DNA of 64,000 nt from Octopus vulgaris (lineage: Eukaryota). Location of the stretch: NCBI GenBank assembly GCA_951406725.2, contig OX597821.1, forward strand, positions 95,604,001 through 95,668,000, given 5' to 3'. The stretch's first letter is position 1, and every line of letters begins with the position of its first letter. A model generated the notes under the pieces. It did no database searches. It saw nothing but the letters and a program-made list of their open reading frames with translations, and had not been told where the DNA came from. Shown piece after piece: positions 39,111 to 53,064 of the stretch. A program made the position numbers and the translations under genes.

Positions 39111-42100
39111 TTTTAGGATGTTAACGGTTGAAATAAACCCTGTGAGCCAATGAAGCAACCACTATGCTATCACTCAAGCTGCTACAAACAGCAGCTAAAT
39201 CACCCACCTTCACAAGGTCTTTAATAAGGAAGGACACACTAAATACACTATAACTGTTAACTAATAGAGAAAAAAAGATAAAACATGGGCATAGCTAGAA
39301 CACCTTTAATGATAAATCTATTCAGGCTGAATGAGATTAAACAATCAGTACCCAACAAATTGGTTCTATACATATCAAGAAAATTCCCAACCTCAAAACA
39401 ACATACAACTAGAACACTAAAGGTTGCTACAAATGCTTGACCTCACCAAGATCAAGGATCACTCCTTTGAAAACACAACCACAACATAGCAAAATCTACC
39501 TCACAAAGACTGGCCTTGCTTTTCAGTCTGAAAATACTTCAACAACAATTACTAAGCCTCTAGGAAGCCTATGTGAGGCCCACAAAATGCTTCTCCCACA
39601 TCTGCAACATAGAGACAAGCATCCTAACTACATAAATATTTTTAAGGTCACCAAATCAATTCAGTATGAAATTGCTCCTCTGGATCACAGATAAACTGCT
39701 TCTTTTCCCTACATTTTCCTAGCACCACTACTGTGAGCTCTGATCCTTGGAGCTGACTAGTCCTATGCCATCTCTACTCACACTTCTGATTCGCTCACTT
39801 CTCATCACTCATACTGCATCCACCAACCAAAACTAACACTAAACACTAAATTCTAGAATGTCAGCCCTTTAGAATTCCTCCCCACAATAATCAAGGATTA
39901 GATTAACCCTCACTGCACAGGAACTGAATATACTCAAGTTCAGTGGACGGAAACCAAGTTAATTCATCTTTGATCATGGGGTACTTTCAGGAATTCTCCA
40001 TATATCATGTGACACAGGACGCACATTTTATTTTTATTGGCCAATAGAAAGAGGTTAAAAGAACTGATTTATGTATGATTAGCATGTGGAATGTAATTAA
40101 TCAGCACAATGAGGATTAGCTATATCACTTCAGTCTTGCAAATCCCAAAAGGCCTGCAAAGAAAATAAGCACAGACTCTTTTTGTGAACATTAAAAAAAA
40201 ATATTCTGAGAAAGAAAAAAAAAAAACTACACATATTTGCATGCTTTGGTTTGCACAAGAGGGCATCTATCCAAATTTGATTTACACACCATCACGTACA
40301 CAACTCGTAATTATCATTTACTCTTGGTCAACTTGATCCAACAGGCCTATTACTGAAGACAATTTCACCATGAAAATCCCATCTTTTCGGAAGTATGTAA
40401 GACTACATAATTCAACATGCCCTTTCCTTTCTCAAGATGATAGGGATGCGATTTGAAGGTGACCTAACAGTAGGTCAAATGACCATGTAGAGATTCCAAT
40501 GTTGTTTCATCAACACACAACTGATGATCATGACGATAGTGATGTTTAGAGCCAAGTCAGCTGTATTTATGATGCAAGATGTCCCAACCTATGACCACCC
40601 TATTATTTTTATTCAGAGTTTTTCTGGGGCTATATTATCCAATGTTCCCATTTTCTATAAGGTGATATTCGAGGGAAATTTAGCTGCTTTTTCTAACAGG
40701 TCTAGTGACCACGTAAAGACACTACCTTTGCGATGTCACTAATAAGTATGTATGTCCATAATAGTTGTGTGGTTAAGAAGTTCACTTCCCAACCACATGG
40801 TTTCAAGTTCAGTCCCATTGTGAAGCACATGGAACATATGCCTTTGACCACATTAGGTCTATTCTTTGCCATGATGGTCACCACACAGAAATATTTCAAA
40901 TAAAGAACTTTATCAAGTATTGTATAAGACATTAAAATTTACTTTTGATTTGGTGTAATTTATCTAAAACATTAGTAACCTTCTTGGTTTCATGAAACTC
41001 TGTTGATAATGAAAACTTTGGCATAGACAACTGCCAGTCCATCTGGAGCATGTTGTGCATCTAAAAATACAAATATAACTTTTCTATGTGTATCACTATA
41101 TACCGTCTATCTTTTACTTGTTTCAGCCATTGGATTGCAGCCATGCTGGAGCACCACCTTGATGGATTTTAGTCAAACTCATCAACACCAATAGTTATTT
41201 ATTTTAAGTCTCATACATTATATTGGACTCTTTTGCCAAAGCACTAGGTTACAGGGATGTAAACAATACTGGTTGTCAAACAGTGGATAGGGATAAACAC
41301 ACATGTACACACACACACACATATATATATCATCATCATTTAGCATCCGCTTTCCATGCTAGCATGGGTTGGACGGTTCAACTGGGGTCTGTGAAGCCAG
41401 AAGGCTGCATCAGGCCCAGTCTGATCTGGCAGTGTTTCTACGGCTGGATGCCCTTCCTAACGCCAACCACTCCGCGAGTGTAGTGAGTGCTTTTTACATA
41501 CCACCGACACAGGTGCCAGATGGAGCTGGCAAACGATTCATACATACATACAATGGGCTTCTGCAGAGGTTGCCAGCAATCAAATTCACTCACAAGGCAT
41601 TGGTCACCCTGAGGTTATAGTAGAAAAACACTTGTAGATGTGCAGTGAGACTGAACCCAAAATTACATGGTGGCAAAGTGAGCTTCTTAACCACAGAGCC
41701 ATGTCTACATAGATATTTAAAGCGATATTTTTGTAAGATGAAAGATACAAGGAATCTGGGATATTCATGCCTGTCTGCAAACAGAAGTGAAACTGCTTCA
41801 TAGTTTCACTAAGGGGATAAAATTTTTCAGAATACTTTGCAAGCCATAAAACTACAGATTTAAACTCACAAAAAAGTGATGATAATCATTTCTTATATAG
41901 AACAAGACCACAAATATTTATACATATCAACACCACTACTCGATTTGTAACTTATGTGATCAACCCCTCAAGTAATGAAAGACAAATAGGCCTCTGCATG
42001 ATTTGAACTCAGAATGTAAGGCCATAACTAGATACCTGTTCCGCCATCCACTGCCCCAAATGGCCTCCAAATAAAAATTGTTTTGATGACTTACATAGGC

Positions 42101-42839
42101 ACAAATCCCCTCAACTATGTCAACTATGCAGGTGACAGCTTTCAATCTTGTATGAAGGCCCACCCCACATTACACGTCTACAATTATCACCCTTCCCCCA
42201 TCATCGTACTAATGGATATAAAGTAAACATTGACCCCAGCTGAATTCGAACTCTGACCGTAAAGGGACTTAACTGTACAGTGCAAAGGTACGTTAGTGAC
42301 TCAGCCAATCAACTCTTCACCTGCAACAGTGGTTGTTTACCGTCAAGAAAAAGGGGGCGTGTTGTTTAAACGCTTCCATCGGATCCGGTATATCACGGGT
42401 CCTTTTATCGAGACCTCACACCCTTATTGACACGAAAGCGCAATAAGTAACAATAAAGGTAATTAACGATTTCCTAAAGTGGACACAAGGTGTGTAGTCA
42501 ATTAAACTGACACGACTGAGAATTAATTCACCGACTCCGGGTCGGATTAAAGGCAAGATATTGTTTATGTGACGTGTAGTCACCAAGTTAAAATTTCGAA
42601 AGTCATTTTGTCCGCCTCTCTACTGATTTGTCAGTTCACTGCCGCCGATAATATTAATAGCTTCAAGGCCAGAAATATCGGGACAGACGTTGTACTTGAC
42701 TTAATAACCATCCCCCGAGGGATAAAAAGTAAAGTCGATTTCACTGCAATACTCCGATAATTCTCTCTCTCTCTCTCTCTGAGTCTGCGATCCCAGCAAT
42801 AATTTATTACAGAGCCACACAGCTTTTCTTCGTTTATAA

Positions 42840-42841
<2 letters not shown>

Positions 42842-42915
<74 letters not shown>
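42842..42915. repeat. (TA)n microsatellite (representative of many)
   Basis: Pure AT dinucleotide run of about 74 bp. Confidence 0.95.
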
Positions 42916-42919
<4 letters not shown>

Positions 42920-43879
42920 CCGAAGGATCGCCTATATATATATATATTAGTAGCTATTTAAATGTTACTGGTACCAATGAATGACAGCCAGATAAAATAA
43001 GAAACGAAAACGAGTCGGAGAGAAAGCCTTAAACGTGTCGATTGGTCTGCTGAAATAACAGCCAAATTCCCACAATTATATACATATATATATATATAAC
43101 GGTGTGATAAGATGGAATGCTTCAAAGCATACGTCTGCTCGATTAAAAGCTAACCTAGGGTTAAACAACAGTAAAGACGAAATCGTACCAGTCGGGACGT
43201 GAACGAAATATAGTAAGGGATTTAGTCCGGTGCTTTACAACTCAAGTCGGAGATTTCAAGGACGACTTTTACAGAGGGAGGTTTATAATCGACTGAGTTA
43301 GACTTCAGTACACTTCAATGGCTTATCTCAGTGATTAGACGAGTAGAGGGGGCTAAGTCGAACCTGGCAGAATTTGAACCTAGAATATAGGAGATTAATA
43401 ATTGCAATAATGATGATGTGGTGGTGGTGGTTGCTTTTTAACAGGAACAAGACACAGCATTTTATGGGAGTGGGTATAGTCGAGCAAATCGAACTAGTAT
43501 TTGTCTGGTGTTTGTGTTTTACCAATACCGGAAGAATGAAAAGCTGCTAAGTTGGGTCCGATGAAATTTGAACAAAAAAATACCTGAAGGAAAACCATTA
43601 TCGTTTCTTTATTTGCCACAAAGACGATGATAATAATAACAATTATTTCTAAATTAGGCATAAGGCCACAAATTTTGAGGGGTGGGGCACAGACTCTCGC
43701 ACAGATGTTATCGACGCCGAAGGAAGAAAGGCAAAAAATCAACTCCGGTAAATAGGAATCCAGAATGTAAAAAAGGTAAAACAACAACAATAAGAGTAAT
43801 AATAATAATGATGATGATGATAGCGATTTCTTTATTTACCACAAGGGCACCGCAAATAAAACAAATAATCAATACGTAC

Positions 43880-44003
43880 CGAGTGCTACTTCGCAGGCCT
43901 TCTTCAACTGGGTGTGATATGTCTTTTTGATTTCCTTGTCAGCCAAGATTTTCTCAAGAGCTCGGGTTAAAAACATGGCTTTTACTTTTTCTGTATCATG
44001 CAT
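43880..44003 (-). CDS. ARFGEF1: Brefeldin A-inhibited Arf GEF (BIG1/BIG2/Sec71 family), first coding exon
   Basis: Manual translation [41 protein letters not shown]+G matches the BIG1 N-terminus ([18 protein letters not shown]...QLRKACEVAL). 124 nt, phase-1 donor G|GTACGT. Absent from the ORF track. Probably co-orthologous to vertebrate ARFGEF1 and ARFGEF2. Confidence 0.93.
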
Positions 44004-44289
44004 AATTCAGAAGAAGCTGGCCGATATTTGGGAAGATACGACATCGATGAAAATAGTAATGGTCTTACTAGGTACTTGGTGGTGTAAAGATGTTGGGCAT
44101 CGGTGTTGGCCGTTATGACATTGAACTGGCTTGCTGGTGGTGGTGGTGAAGGGAATAATGATGATGATGACGAAAGAGGAAGATCCCGATCGGAAAATGT
44201 GTGGATGGATAGATTTAGTATTTTTGTTCCTATAGTTCTTGTTGCGTACGTAGACGACATGCAGCAGACTGCAAACCTGTATGTAGAAG

Positions 44290-44338
<49 letters not shown>
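44290..44338. repeat. (GATA)n microsatellite in the putative ARFGEF1 leader
   Basis: Pure tetranucleotide run; a second run lies at ~44577-44627. Confidence 0.95.
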
Positions 44339-44339
<1 letters not shown>

Positions 44340-44439
44340 ATATGCTTACGAATGGGTGTGTTAAGTGTGCGAATTTGTTCAAATGAGTTGAACATATGAA
44401 CAAAAGGTGTGTATATATAAAATGAATGGGTAATACAGA

Positions 44440-44472
<33 letters not shown>

Positions 44473-44575
44473 AAGACATACAGGTGTGTTACTTGTATTT
44501 GCATACGCTTATGTGATTGCTTTGATATACTGAATGCATATACGTATAGCCAGTGTAGAATATATATATATATAT

Positions 44576-44627
<52 letters not shown>

Positions 44628-45429
44628 GGACGGAGGATTTCTGTAGAAATATAGTATCTACAGTCATGCGGGTATGTAGAATATATATATGTAATGTGTG
44701 TGTGTGTACGGAAAGATAGTTACAGGTATGCGTATGTAGATGTTATATACGGGTGCGTATGGACAGGAAATAGGTACATATGTATATACTCACGTACGTG
44801 TTTAATGTAGGTACTCAGAATTATAAAAATATATAGATATAACTATATGCCGTTTCTCTTTGCCCTCTCTTCCCTAATCTAATATGTAGTAGTAGTAGTA
44901 GTAGTAGCAGCAGTTGAATTTTTCTTTTAATTTCGGTTTATCTGTTTTCTTCTTCACACTCTCCCTATTTACACATACACACAAATATATATATATATAG
45001 ATAGATATATATATATAGGTATATATATGTGTGTATATGTGTATAGATATGTGATATATCCGCTTCTAAGTGGGAGAGGTAGTAATAATAATGATAATGA
45101 TAATAATAATGACAACAACAATAATAGTTAATAACAGTCGTCTTCTTCCTGGCTGAGGTGTTTTCCGTAGGTGGTAGAAAGTTAACAGCAGAAATATATA
45201 TTCGTGTAACTCACAATATCCAGTTCAGGTAAAAAGTAAGAAACTGAGTCAGAGAGATTAAAGGTAGGTGTGATATATTTCAGTATATCTGGATATATTT
45301 ATGCGTATATATGTATATTTATAAGCTAAGCAGAATATCGATAAATTATATAATGTTTGTTGGGTGTCTGCAGATTGTTTTGGGGGGTTTCTTTAGGCTT
45401 TTTTTCCCTGTGTGTGTGTGTGTATATCT

Positions 45430-45610
45430 CCCACCGACTCCAGCTCCGGCTAGCTGATTCTTCTGCTGCTACCCTCCGCCGCCATCATAAACACTGACAC
45501 GTGATCACCGAGATAGCATATGACGTCTAGCTTGACTCGGCCGGCCCCTCACGTTCACATTTCAAACACGCACTAGGAACTTCAGCCGAACAACAACCAT
45601 TCGACCAGTA
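45430..45610 (-). promoter_or_regulatory. Putative ARFGEF1 core promoter/TSS region
   Basis: CpG-retaining unique sequence with YY1-like ATGGCGGCGG on minus (45476-45485), E-box CACGTG (45498-45503) and CRE-like TGACGTCT (45521-45528); ~1.5 kb upstream of the ARFGEF1 ATG. Confidence 0.5.
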
Positions 45611-46703
45611 TGTGTGTGTGTGTCTCTCTCTCTCTCTTTAATCTTTTACTTCTTTCTGTCATTAGATTGCGGCCATGCCTTGAGTAATCTTAGTCGAACA
45701 AATCGACTCCAGTACTTATTATATTTTTTGAAGACTGATACTTATTCTATCGGTCTTTTCCGTCGAACCGCTACCTTATAAGTGACGTAAACACGCTAAC
45801 ACCTGTTTTCAAGTGGTGGTGGACAAACACAGATACAAAGACATATACACACACTCACACATTCATACATACATACATGAAGGCATATATATATTCATGC
45901 ATATGCGTGTGTGTGTGTACAACGGGATTCTTTCAATTTCTGTCTACCAAATCCCGTTGGTCCAAAGCTGTAGTAGAAGACATTTGCCCAAGGTGCCAAG
46001 CAGTGGGTCTGAACCTAGAACCATGTGGTTGGGAAGGAAATAAAATACACACACGCACGCACACACACACACACACATATATGTATATACATATATATGT
46101 ATATACATAAATATTTAAATATGTATTTATGTGTGTGTGTGTGTGTTATGCATTATATATGAATGTGTATATATATATATGTATATATATATAATTCATT
46201 TGGTTTATTATATATATTATTTAGGTTATATGTACCATCATCATCATCATCATTTAATGTCCATCTTCCATGGTAGTATGGACTGGACAGTTTGACAGGA
46301 TCCATTAAACCAGAGGACTACATTGAGATCCAACATCTGTTTTGAAATGGTTTCTATAGTTGTATGTCTTTCTTAACGCCAACCACATAATATGAGTCTG
46401 TATGTATGTGTGTGTGTGATCATCCTCATCATTTAATGTCCCCTTTTCTACACTTGCATGAGTTGGACCCTTCAACAAGAACAAATAAGCCGGAGCATTG
46501 GGCCAGATTCTATGTCTGTTTCAACATGGTTTCTACAGCTAGATACTCTTTCTAATGCCAACCACTTAACATAGTGTACTGGATGCTTTTTACATGGTAT
46601 CAGTACTAGCGAGGTTGCCAAATACCTGCAAGATAAGACTCCTCAACTGAGTAGGGTGCAGAATGGAAAGATAAGAAACCAGGAGCAGGTGTCTTTTGCA
46701 ATG

Positions 46704-46734
<31 letters not shown>

Positions 46735-46944
46735 TACTCTTTTACTTGTTTCAGTCATTTGACTGTGGCCATGCTGGAACACCACCTTTAGTCGAGCAAA
46801 TCGACTTATTCTTTGTAAGTTTAGTACTTATTCTATCAGTCTCTTCTGGCGAACCTCTAAGTTACGGGGACGTAAACACACCAGCATCGGTTGTCAAGCA
46901 ATGTTGGGGGGGACAAACACAGACACACAAACATATACACCCAC

Positions 46945-47009
<65 letters not shown>

Positions 47010-47599
47010 AATATACAACGGGCTTCTTTCAGTTTCCGTCTACCAAATCCACTCACAAGGCTTTAGTTGGCCCAAGGCTATAGTAGAAGACACTTGCCCA
47101 AGGTGCCATGCAGTGGGACTGAACCCGGAACCATGTAGTTGGTAAGCAAACTACTTACCACACAGCCACTCCTACACCTATATTTAAATAATGCATATTA
47201 TATGCATTATTTATATATATATGTCATAGATATACATATATGTATATGTGTGCATTTATATGTAGTTGAGTCTATGTCCAGTCATAGCGTGACCAATGGT
47301 TTTGCATCCACAAAAGGCTTAGCTCCCATGAACATCTCATCAGACTCCAAAGCCAAAGACAAATGTAACTCTTCACCATTGGGAGGCAGGAATTCGTTAT
47401 GGTCATTTGGTCAGTAAGTCACCAAAGAAGGCTGACCTGATATATTTCCAGGCTTGGAAATATATTATATATCTTATATATATACCATCCTCATCATTTA
47501 TTGTCCATCTTCCATGGTAGCATGGATTACACAGTTTGATAGGCCTTCAAGTTGCACCTGTACAAGCACAGTTCCTCTTTCAGAATTCTGGAACGATGA

Positions 47600-47900
47600 T
47601 TTGTCACATCCCCAGCCAATCATGTGTGGCACCTCAGAGACGAAGGGACCCCGTACAATATCACATGAAGGATATTGTATATCATGTGAAGGATAATGTG
47701 GCCAGGATCCTACATTAACAGGAGCAAATACTGCAAGCTTTACATAGCCGAGTGAACAAAGATACTCAGAAACTTCCTAAAGCTTGTATCATTGAATACT
47801 CAGCAGGAGATTTACAACTCCATTTCAAACACTACCTGCTGCAAGCATGGGATTTCTTATTCTCTAATTAGATCCAGAAGATCCCTGTTCCCCCACCATC
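47600..47900 (+). mobile_element. Possible RLE-type (R4/NeSL-like) retrotransposon relic
   Basis: Fragments CGTSET and KDNVARILH* resemble the C..C...ET and HD.VA..IHW zinc-knuckle region. Confidence 0.35.
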
Positions 47901-50900
47901 ATTTAGCCCAGATGAACTGGTCTAAGGGAGATAATCCATCCCTGCTGACCCTGAAGTATTTATTCTTTAGTGACCTACTGATCAAATGACCGTAACAGAT
48001 TCCTGCATTCCAGAGGTCAAAAGTCAGCATAATTGCAAAAAAAAAAAAAAAAAATATTGAGTCAAGCTCCACTGTTTGCTCTAGCATGACTTTTATAGCT
48101 GTTTTCCTTCCTAACACCAACCACTTTATAGAACAAATTCAGTGCTTTTTACATAGTACCAGCAGATGAATACAATTTTCGAAAAAAATTTGAGAACAAA
48201 TGTAAGATTTCAAGCCGAAAAAATGTAAATAATTTTTACCCAACTGCTTGTAACATTGACGAAAGTCTAGCATTACCATTTCATAATGCTCAAAGTTGCA
48301 AAATTCCTCTAGCTGTGTCACATGAATGGATGTATGTGAAAAATTCTTTTAATTTCTCACAGTAAGTGCTCTGATATGAAGTGGAAATAAAATCTCCTAC
48401 AGCTGTTTGGAGACATTAGTGCACATGTAAGCACCACAGTCAATGCCTGCAAGACCTCACCTAGTTTGATTTCTAATTAATTAAAGATGTTGATCTTGCC
48501 TTTCTGTTTGTCTACATCAAATCCATCAACCTTTTATAGCAACCTGTGCCTTTAAAAATTAGATGAAAGCAGTCAAGATCTCAATCATCTTACCTGGTTT
48601 CAGTGTACCTGTATGATACCTGGACAGGTGTCTTCTACTATATAGCTACAGCTGACTTTTGAGTAAAATTTGGTTGGCAGAAACTGATTACAAGCTTATC
48701 ATACACACACACAAGTGTTTTGCGTGTGCCTGTGTTTGTACATAAATTTATGTTCAACTGTGTTCAATACAATCAACTTAGGGACCCTTTTGATTACAAT
48801 TCTATTCTGGTGGACCTCCATTTGCCACTTTATGCTTAAAAACTAATTTCAGAGAGAGACTTCTTTCAAATTTTCTATTTTGTTTATCACACATTCACTT
48901 GTGTAGGCTGAACTATGCAAAATGCCAAGGAAAGAAATCTAGCTGTTTCTTGCAACACACACACACATATTTATATATGTACATACATACACACATACAT
49001 ATATATTTATATATGTATGTACTTTGTTGTATTTGGGTGGGTCATTATGTCAATAATAAACTCATGCACTGATTGTATTTCGCTTCTTTATTTTCTATTT
49101 GTCTATTGGTTGACTACTTAACCAATTAACTAATCAATTGTTTAATCATTCAATCAATCCCCTTGACCCTATGTATGTGTGTTTGTGTTTATGTGTGTGT
49201 ATATAGCCCACTATATAAATTATAGAGCAGTAGAGAATTTAGATAAAGATAGTTATAGCCAGATTATAGGGTTACCCAGGGTTTCGTGTCCATAAAGCAC
49301 TTAGCTTTACATTGTCTTGTCAGACCTTAATGGCTGCATCATCATCATCATTTAACGTCCACTTTCCATGCTGGCATGGGTTGGACAGTTTGACTGAAGA
49401 CTGGCAAGCCAGGAAGCTGCACCAGGCTCCAATCTGTTCTGGTAAGGTTTCCACAGGGAGATTTCCTAATGCCAACCACTCAGGGAATGTAGTGAGTGCT
49501 TTTTATGTGCCACTGGCGTGGGGGCCAGTCAGGCAGTACTGACATCAACCACACTCAAATGGTGCTTTTTATGTGCTACTGGCACAGGAGCCAGTTAGGT
49601 GGCACTGGTATTGGCCATGACAATGATTTCACTTGACTCGACAGGTCTTCTCAAGCACAGCATATTGCTCGATGACTGAAAGGTACTTTTAAATGGGCCA
49701 GTTATGTGACACTAGTATCGGACATGACTACAATTTCACTTGGCTTGCTGGGTCTTCTCAAGTACAGCATATCTCCAAAGGTCTTGGTTGCTTGTCATTG
49801 CCTTTGTGTGACCCAATGTTCGAAGGTCATGCCTCACTACCTCATCCCAGGTCTTCCAGGGTGTACCTCTACTACAGGTTCCCTCCACTGTTAGGGTGTG
49901 ACACGTCTTCACAGAGCTATTACATCTTTTTACCTTCTGAGTTAAAATCCTGGCTAGGTAATTTTGCATCGTTTCCTTTTATGGTCAATGAAATAAATAC
50001 CAATAAAATACAGGACTAATCAACTGCATCTTCTCTCAAACTTTATAGCATGATACAAGAAATTAGTTTATTAAAATAGGTGTATATTTTAAAAAGATCC
50101 TAAGATTATATTTTTAACGAACAAAAGCAAATCAATGATATAGCTAATTGAACCAATCCTATGACTGGCACTCGGCAGATGCCAGGACCCCTGGACTGGT
50201 GGTACGTAAAAAGCACCATCCAAATCGTGGCCGATGTCAGTGCTGCCTCGACTGGCTTCCGTGCCATTGGCACTTAAAATGCACCAATCGACTGTGGCCA
50301 TTGCCAGCCTCACCTGGCACCTGTGCAGGTGGCACGTAAAAAGCACCCACTACACTCACAGAGTGGTTGGCGTTAGGAAGGGCATCCAGCTGTAGAAACA
50401 TTGTCAGATAAGACTGGAGCCTGGTGCAGCCTTCTGGCTTCCCAGATCCCCGGTCGAACCATCCAACCCATGCTAGCATGGAGAACGGACGTTAAACGAT
50501 GATGATGATTGTTCATTTTTAACAATAAGAATTGTTTTTCAAATGTTCAGTTACTATCATTTCATTGCATATCAGTATGTACTAGCATTCAAGTAATTTA
50601 TCAAATAATCTTCTGATGTACTGTTCATTTGTTTCAAGTTTTTCTCAGTATGAGATCAAAAGGACTCAACAGTTTGTCTGAAGATGATGATTATCAAAAA
50701 TCTAATGTGATTCACAAGATAATGGATTAAATGCATGTAGTAAGAACTGTATTTCATCAAAAGAATGTCACCAATAATCAGAGCATATTGGTTAATGAGA
50801 ACTTAATTTTCAACAACATATACTATTTCTTTAAGACCTTTCAAACTGTTTCTTCAAAAACCCAGTGGCCTTCTGACCTCTTACATGCTTTCTGGGTAAA

Positions 50901-52206
50901 CAGTTACTTTCGTCTAATCCCACAACAGATTCATATATTTCTGGGTTGACGACTGGGATCCAATGAGAAAACATATACACCAACATCCAGGCTACTCTTT
51001 TCTAATATTGTAATTAACTTCATACCCTAATATTTACTATCACCCTTTGTGCTACTTTTCTTTTTTTCCTACGTTAGAATGCTACTCGTGAAGAGATCAA
51101 CTACGAAAAAGTATTAAGATCAAAGAGGAGACAAGCCAAAAAAATAACTAAATTGCTTTCTTTTAACATTAAAATTAATTTGGTACGCTAATGTTCACTA
51201 CCACCTTTTGTGTGTTTTTTTTCTTTCTACGTTAGGTTGGTACCACTTGCAGAGAAGAACTCATCTATGAAAAATTAGTAAATCCAGATAATAAAATAAC
51301 TCTGATAAAATAACAAACGTAGAGATGGATTTCTATAAATAAGGGTTTATAACCACAATAGAAATTATCATTTATTAAAATCAATATATTTAATAGTCCG
51401 TGTGTTTGTCAGCGCATCTGCTTGTCAAAATATCATGTATTTAGTTACGTCCCTTTACATTCTGTATTCCAATACCTCTGAGATCGAATTAACTATTCAC
51501 CACTCAGTCCAGGATCAATAAAATTAATACCAGTCACATAACAGGGTTAACTTAATTGACTCTATCCATCCTTCTTAATATCAAAATGTATCTACTTTCT
51601 GTCATTTTGTCAATCAGTGTTGTCAGGCCTGATTGAATAGATTTATAATAAAATGTAATCCAGCACTGATTACGGATCCTTCTTTAGAGATTTGTCAAAG
51701 ACTACAATATTAACCGTGTCCTTCCAGTTACAACGGTAAGGTACGATTTGAGTGTTATTTCCAGCACTCCGACATAACGGCTCCCTCATCTATGTTATGC
51801 TTTAGTTCCAAGTCAGTGTTTATCTTTCATTTATGATTAAAATTCTTCCAATAATGATCAGGTATTTTTAAGGAGGGATATTTAGAAAAACATTATAATA
51901 TGTGTCATTTTTGTAAAATAAAGGCGGTGAGATGGAAGAATCGTTAGCATGCTGGACAAAATAGTTAGCGGCATTTTGTCTGTCTTTATGTTCTGAGTTC
52001 GAATTCGGCCGAAGTCGACTTTGGTCTTTTATCCTTTAATGTTCAATAAAATAAATACCAGTCGAGCACCGGAGTCGAGGAAATCGACTAGAATCTTCCC
52101 CCACAACGTTTCAGGCCTTGTTCTTATAGTAAGTAGAAAGGATTTATTTTTATAAGACAGAAAGGTGTAATTTCAGAAAGAGGTTTGGCGACTACGAATA
52201 AAATAA

Positions 52207-52805
52207 CTATTTCTTTACTACCCACAAGGGGTTAAACATAGAGGGGACAAACAAGGACAGACAAAGGGATTGAGTCGATTACATCGACCCCAGTGCGTAA
52301 CTGGTACTTAATTTATCGACCCCGAAAGGATGAAAGGCAAAGTCGACCTCGGCGGAATTTTAACTCGGATCGTAACGACAGACGAAATACCTATTTCTTT
52401 ACTACCCACAAGGGGCTAACCAGAGAGGGGACAAAGGAGGACAGACATAGGTATTAAGTCGATTATACCGTCCCCAGTGCGTAACTGGTACTTAATTTAT
52501 CGACCCCGAAAGGATGAAAGGCAAAGTCGACCTCGGCGGAATTTGAACTCGGATCGTAACGACAGACGAAATACCTATTTCTTTACTACCCACAAGGGGC
52601 TAACCAGAGAGGGGACAAAGGAGGACAGACATAGGTATTAAGTCGATTATACCGTCCCCAGTGCGTAACTGGTACTTAATTTATCGACCCCAAAAGGATG
52701 AAAGGCAAAGTCGACCTCGGCGGAATTTGAACTCACAACGTAACGGCAGACGAAATACCGCTAAGCATTTCGCCCGGCGTGCTAACGTTTCTGCCAGCTC
52801 GCCAC
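52207..52805 (-). mobile_element. Family C SINE with threefold 184-bp tandem duplication
   Basis: CTATTTCTTTACTACCCACAAGGGG starts at 52207, 52391 and 52575; the second and third units are nearly identical; the head ends ~125 bp from the COPS5 ATG. Confidence 0.9.
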
Positions 52806-52809
52806 CGCT

Positions 52810-52930
52810 AAGCATGTAACACCTATTACATGATTTGGCAATTTTTTGTAGACTCGGTTTCTACTCGGTTGTCTTCTCTTGTCAGCGGAAGTAATTGGAT
52901 GTGAGACGACCACCGCTAGGAGAAGTAAAC
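52810..52930 (+). promoter_or_regulatory. Putative COPS5 core promoter/5' UTR
   Basis: ETS-type CGGAAGT at 52886-52892 and duplicated ACTCGGTT, CpG-retaining, directly upstream of the ATG. Confidence 0.55.
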
Positions 52931-53064
52931 ATGGATGCCGAAACCTCGCACAAGACTTGGTGTCTGCAGAATAGTGTGGAAACGGTGAGCAGTGTGGACG
53001 AAATATATCGGTACGACAAGAAACAACAGCAGGATATACTCACAGCGAAACCATGGGAGAAAAA
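52931..53064 (+). CDS. COPS5: COP9 signalosome subunit 5 (CSN5/JAB1), coding exon 1
   Basis: [44 protein letters not shown]+AA, donor GTAAGT at 53065, phase 2; matches the CSN5 N-terminus. Confidence 0.96.

Noticed and set aside
40120-40153. Strong minus-strand acceptor (ttattttctttgcag)
   Set aside because: Phase-1 reading stops after about nine codons, with no BIG1 similarity and no clear donor.
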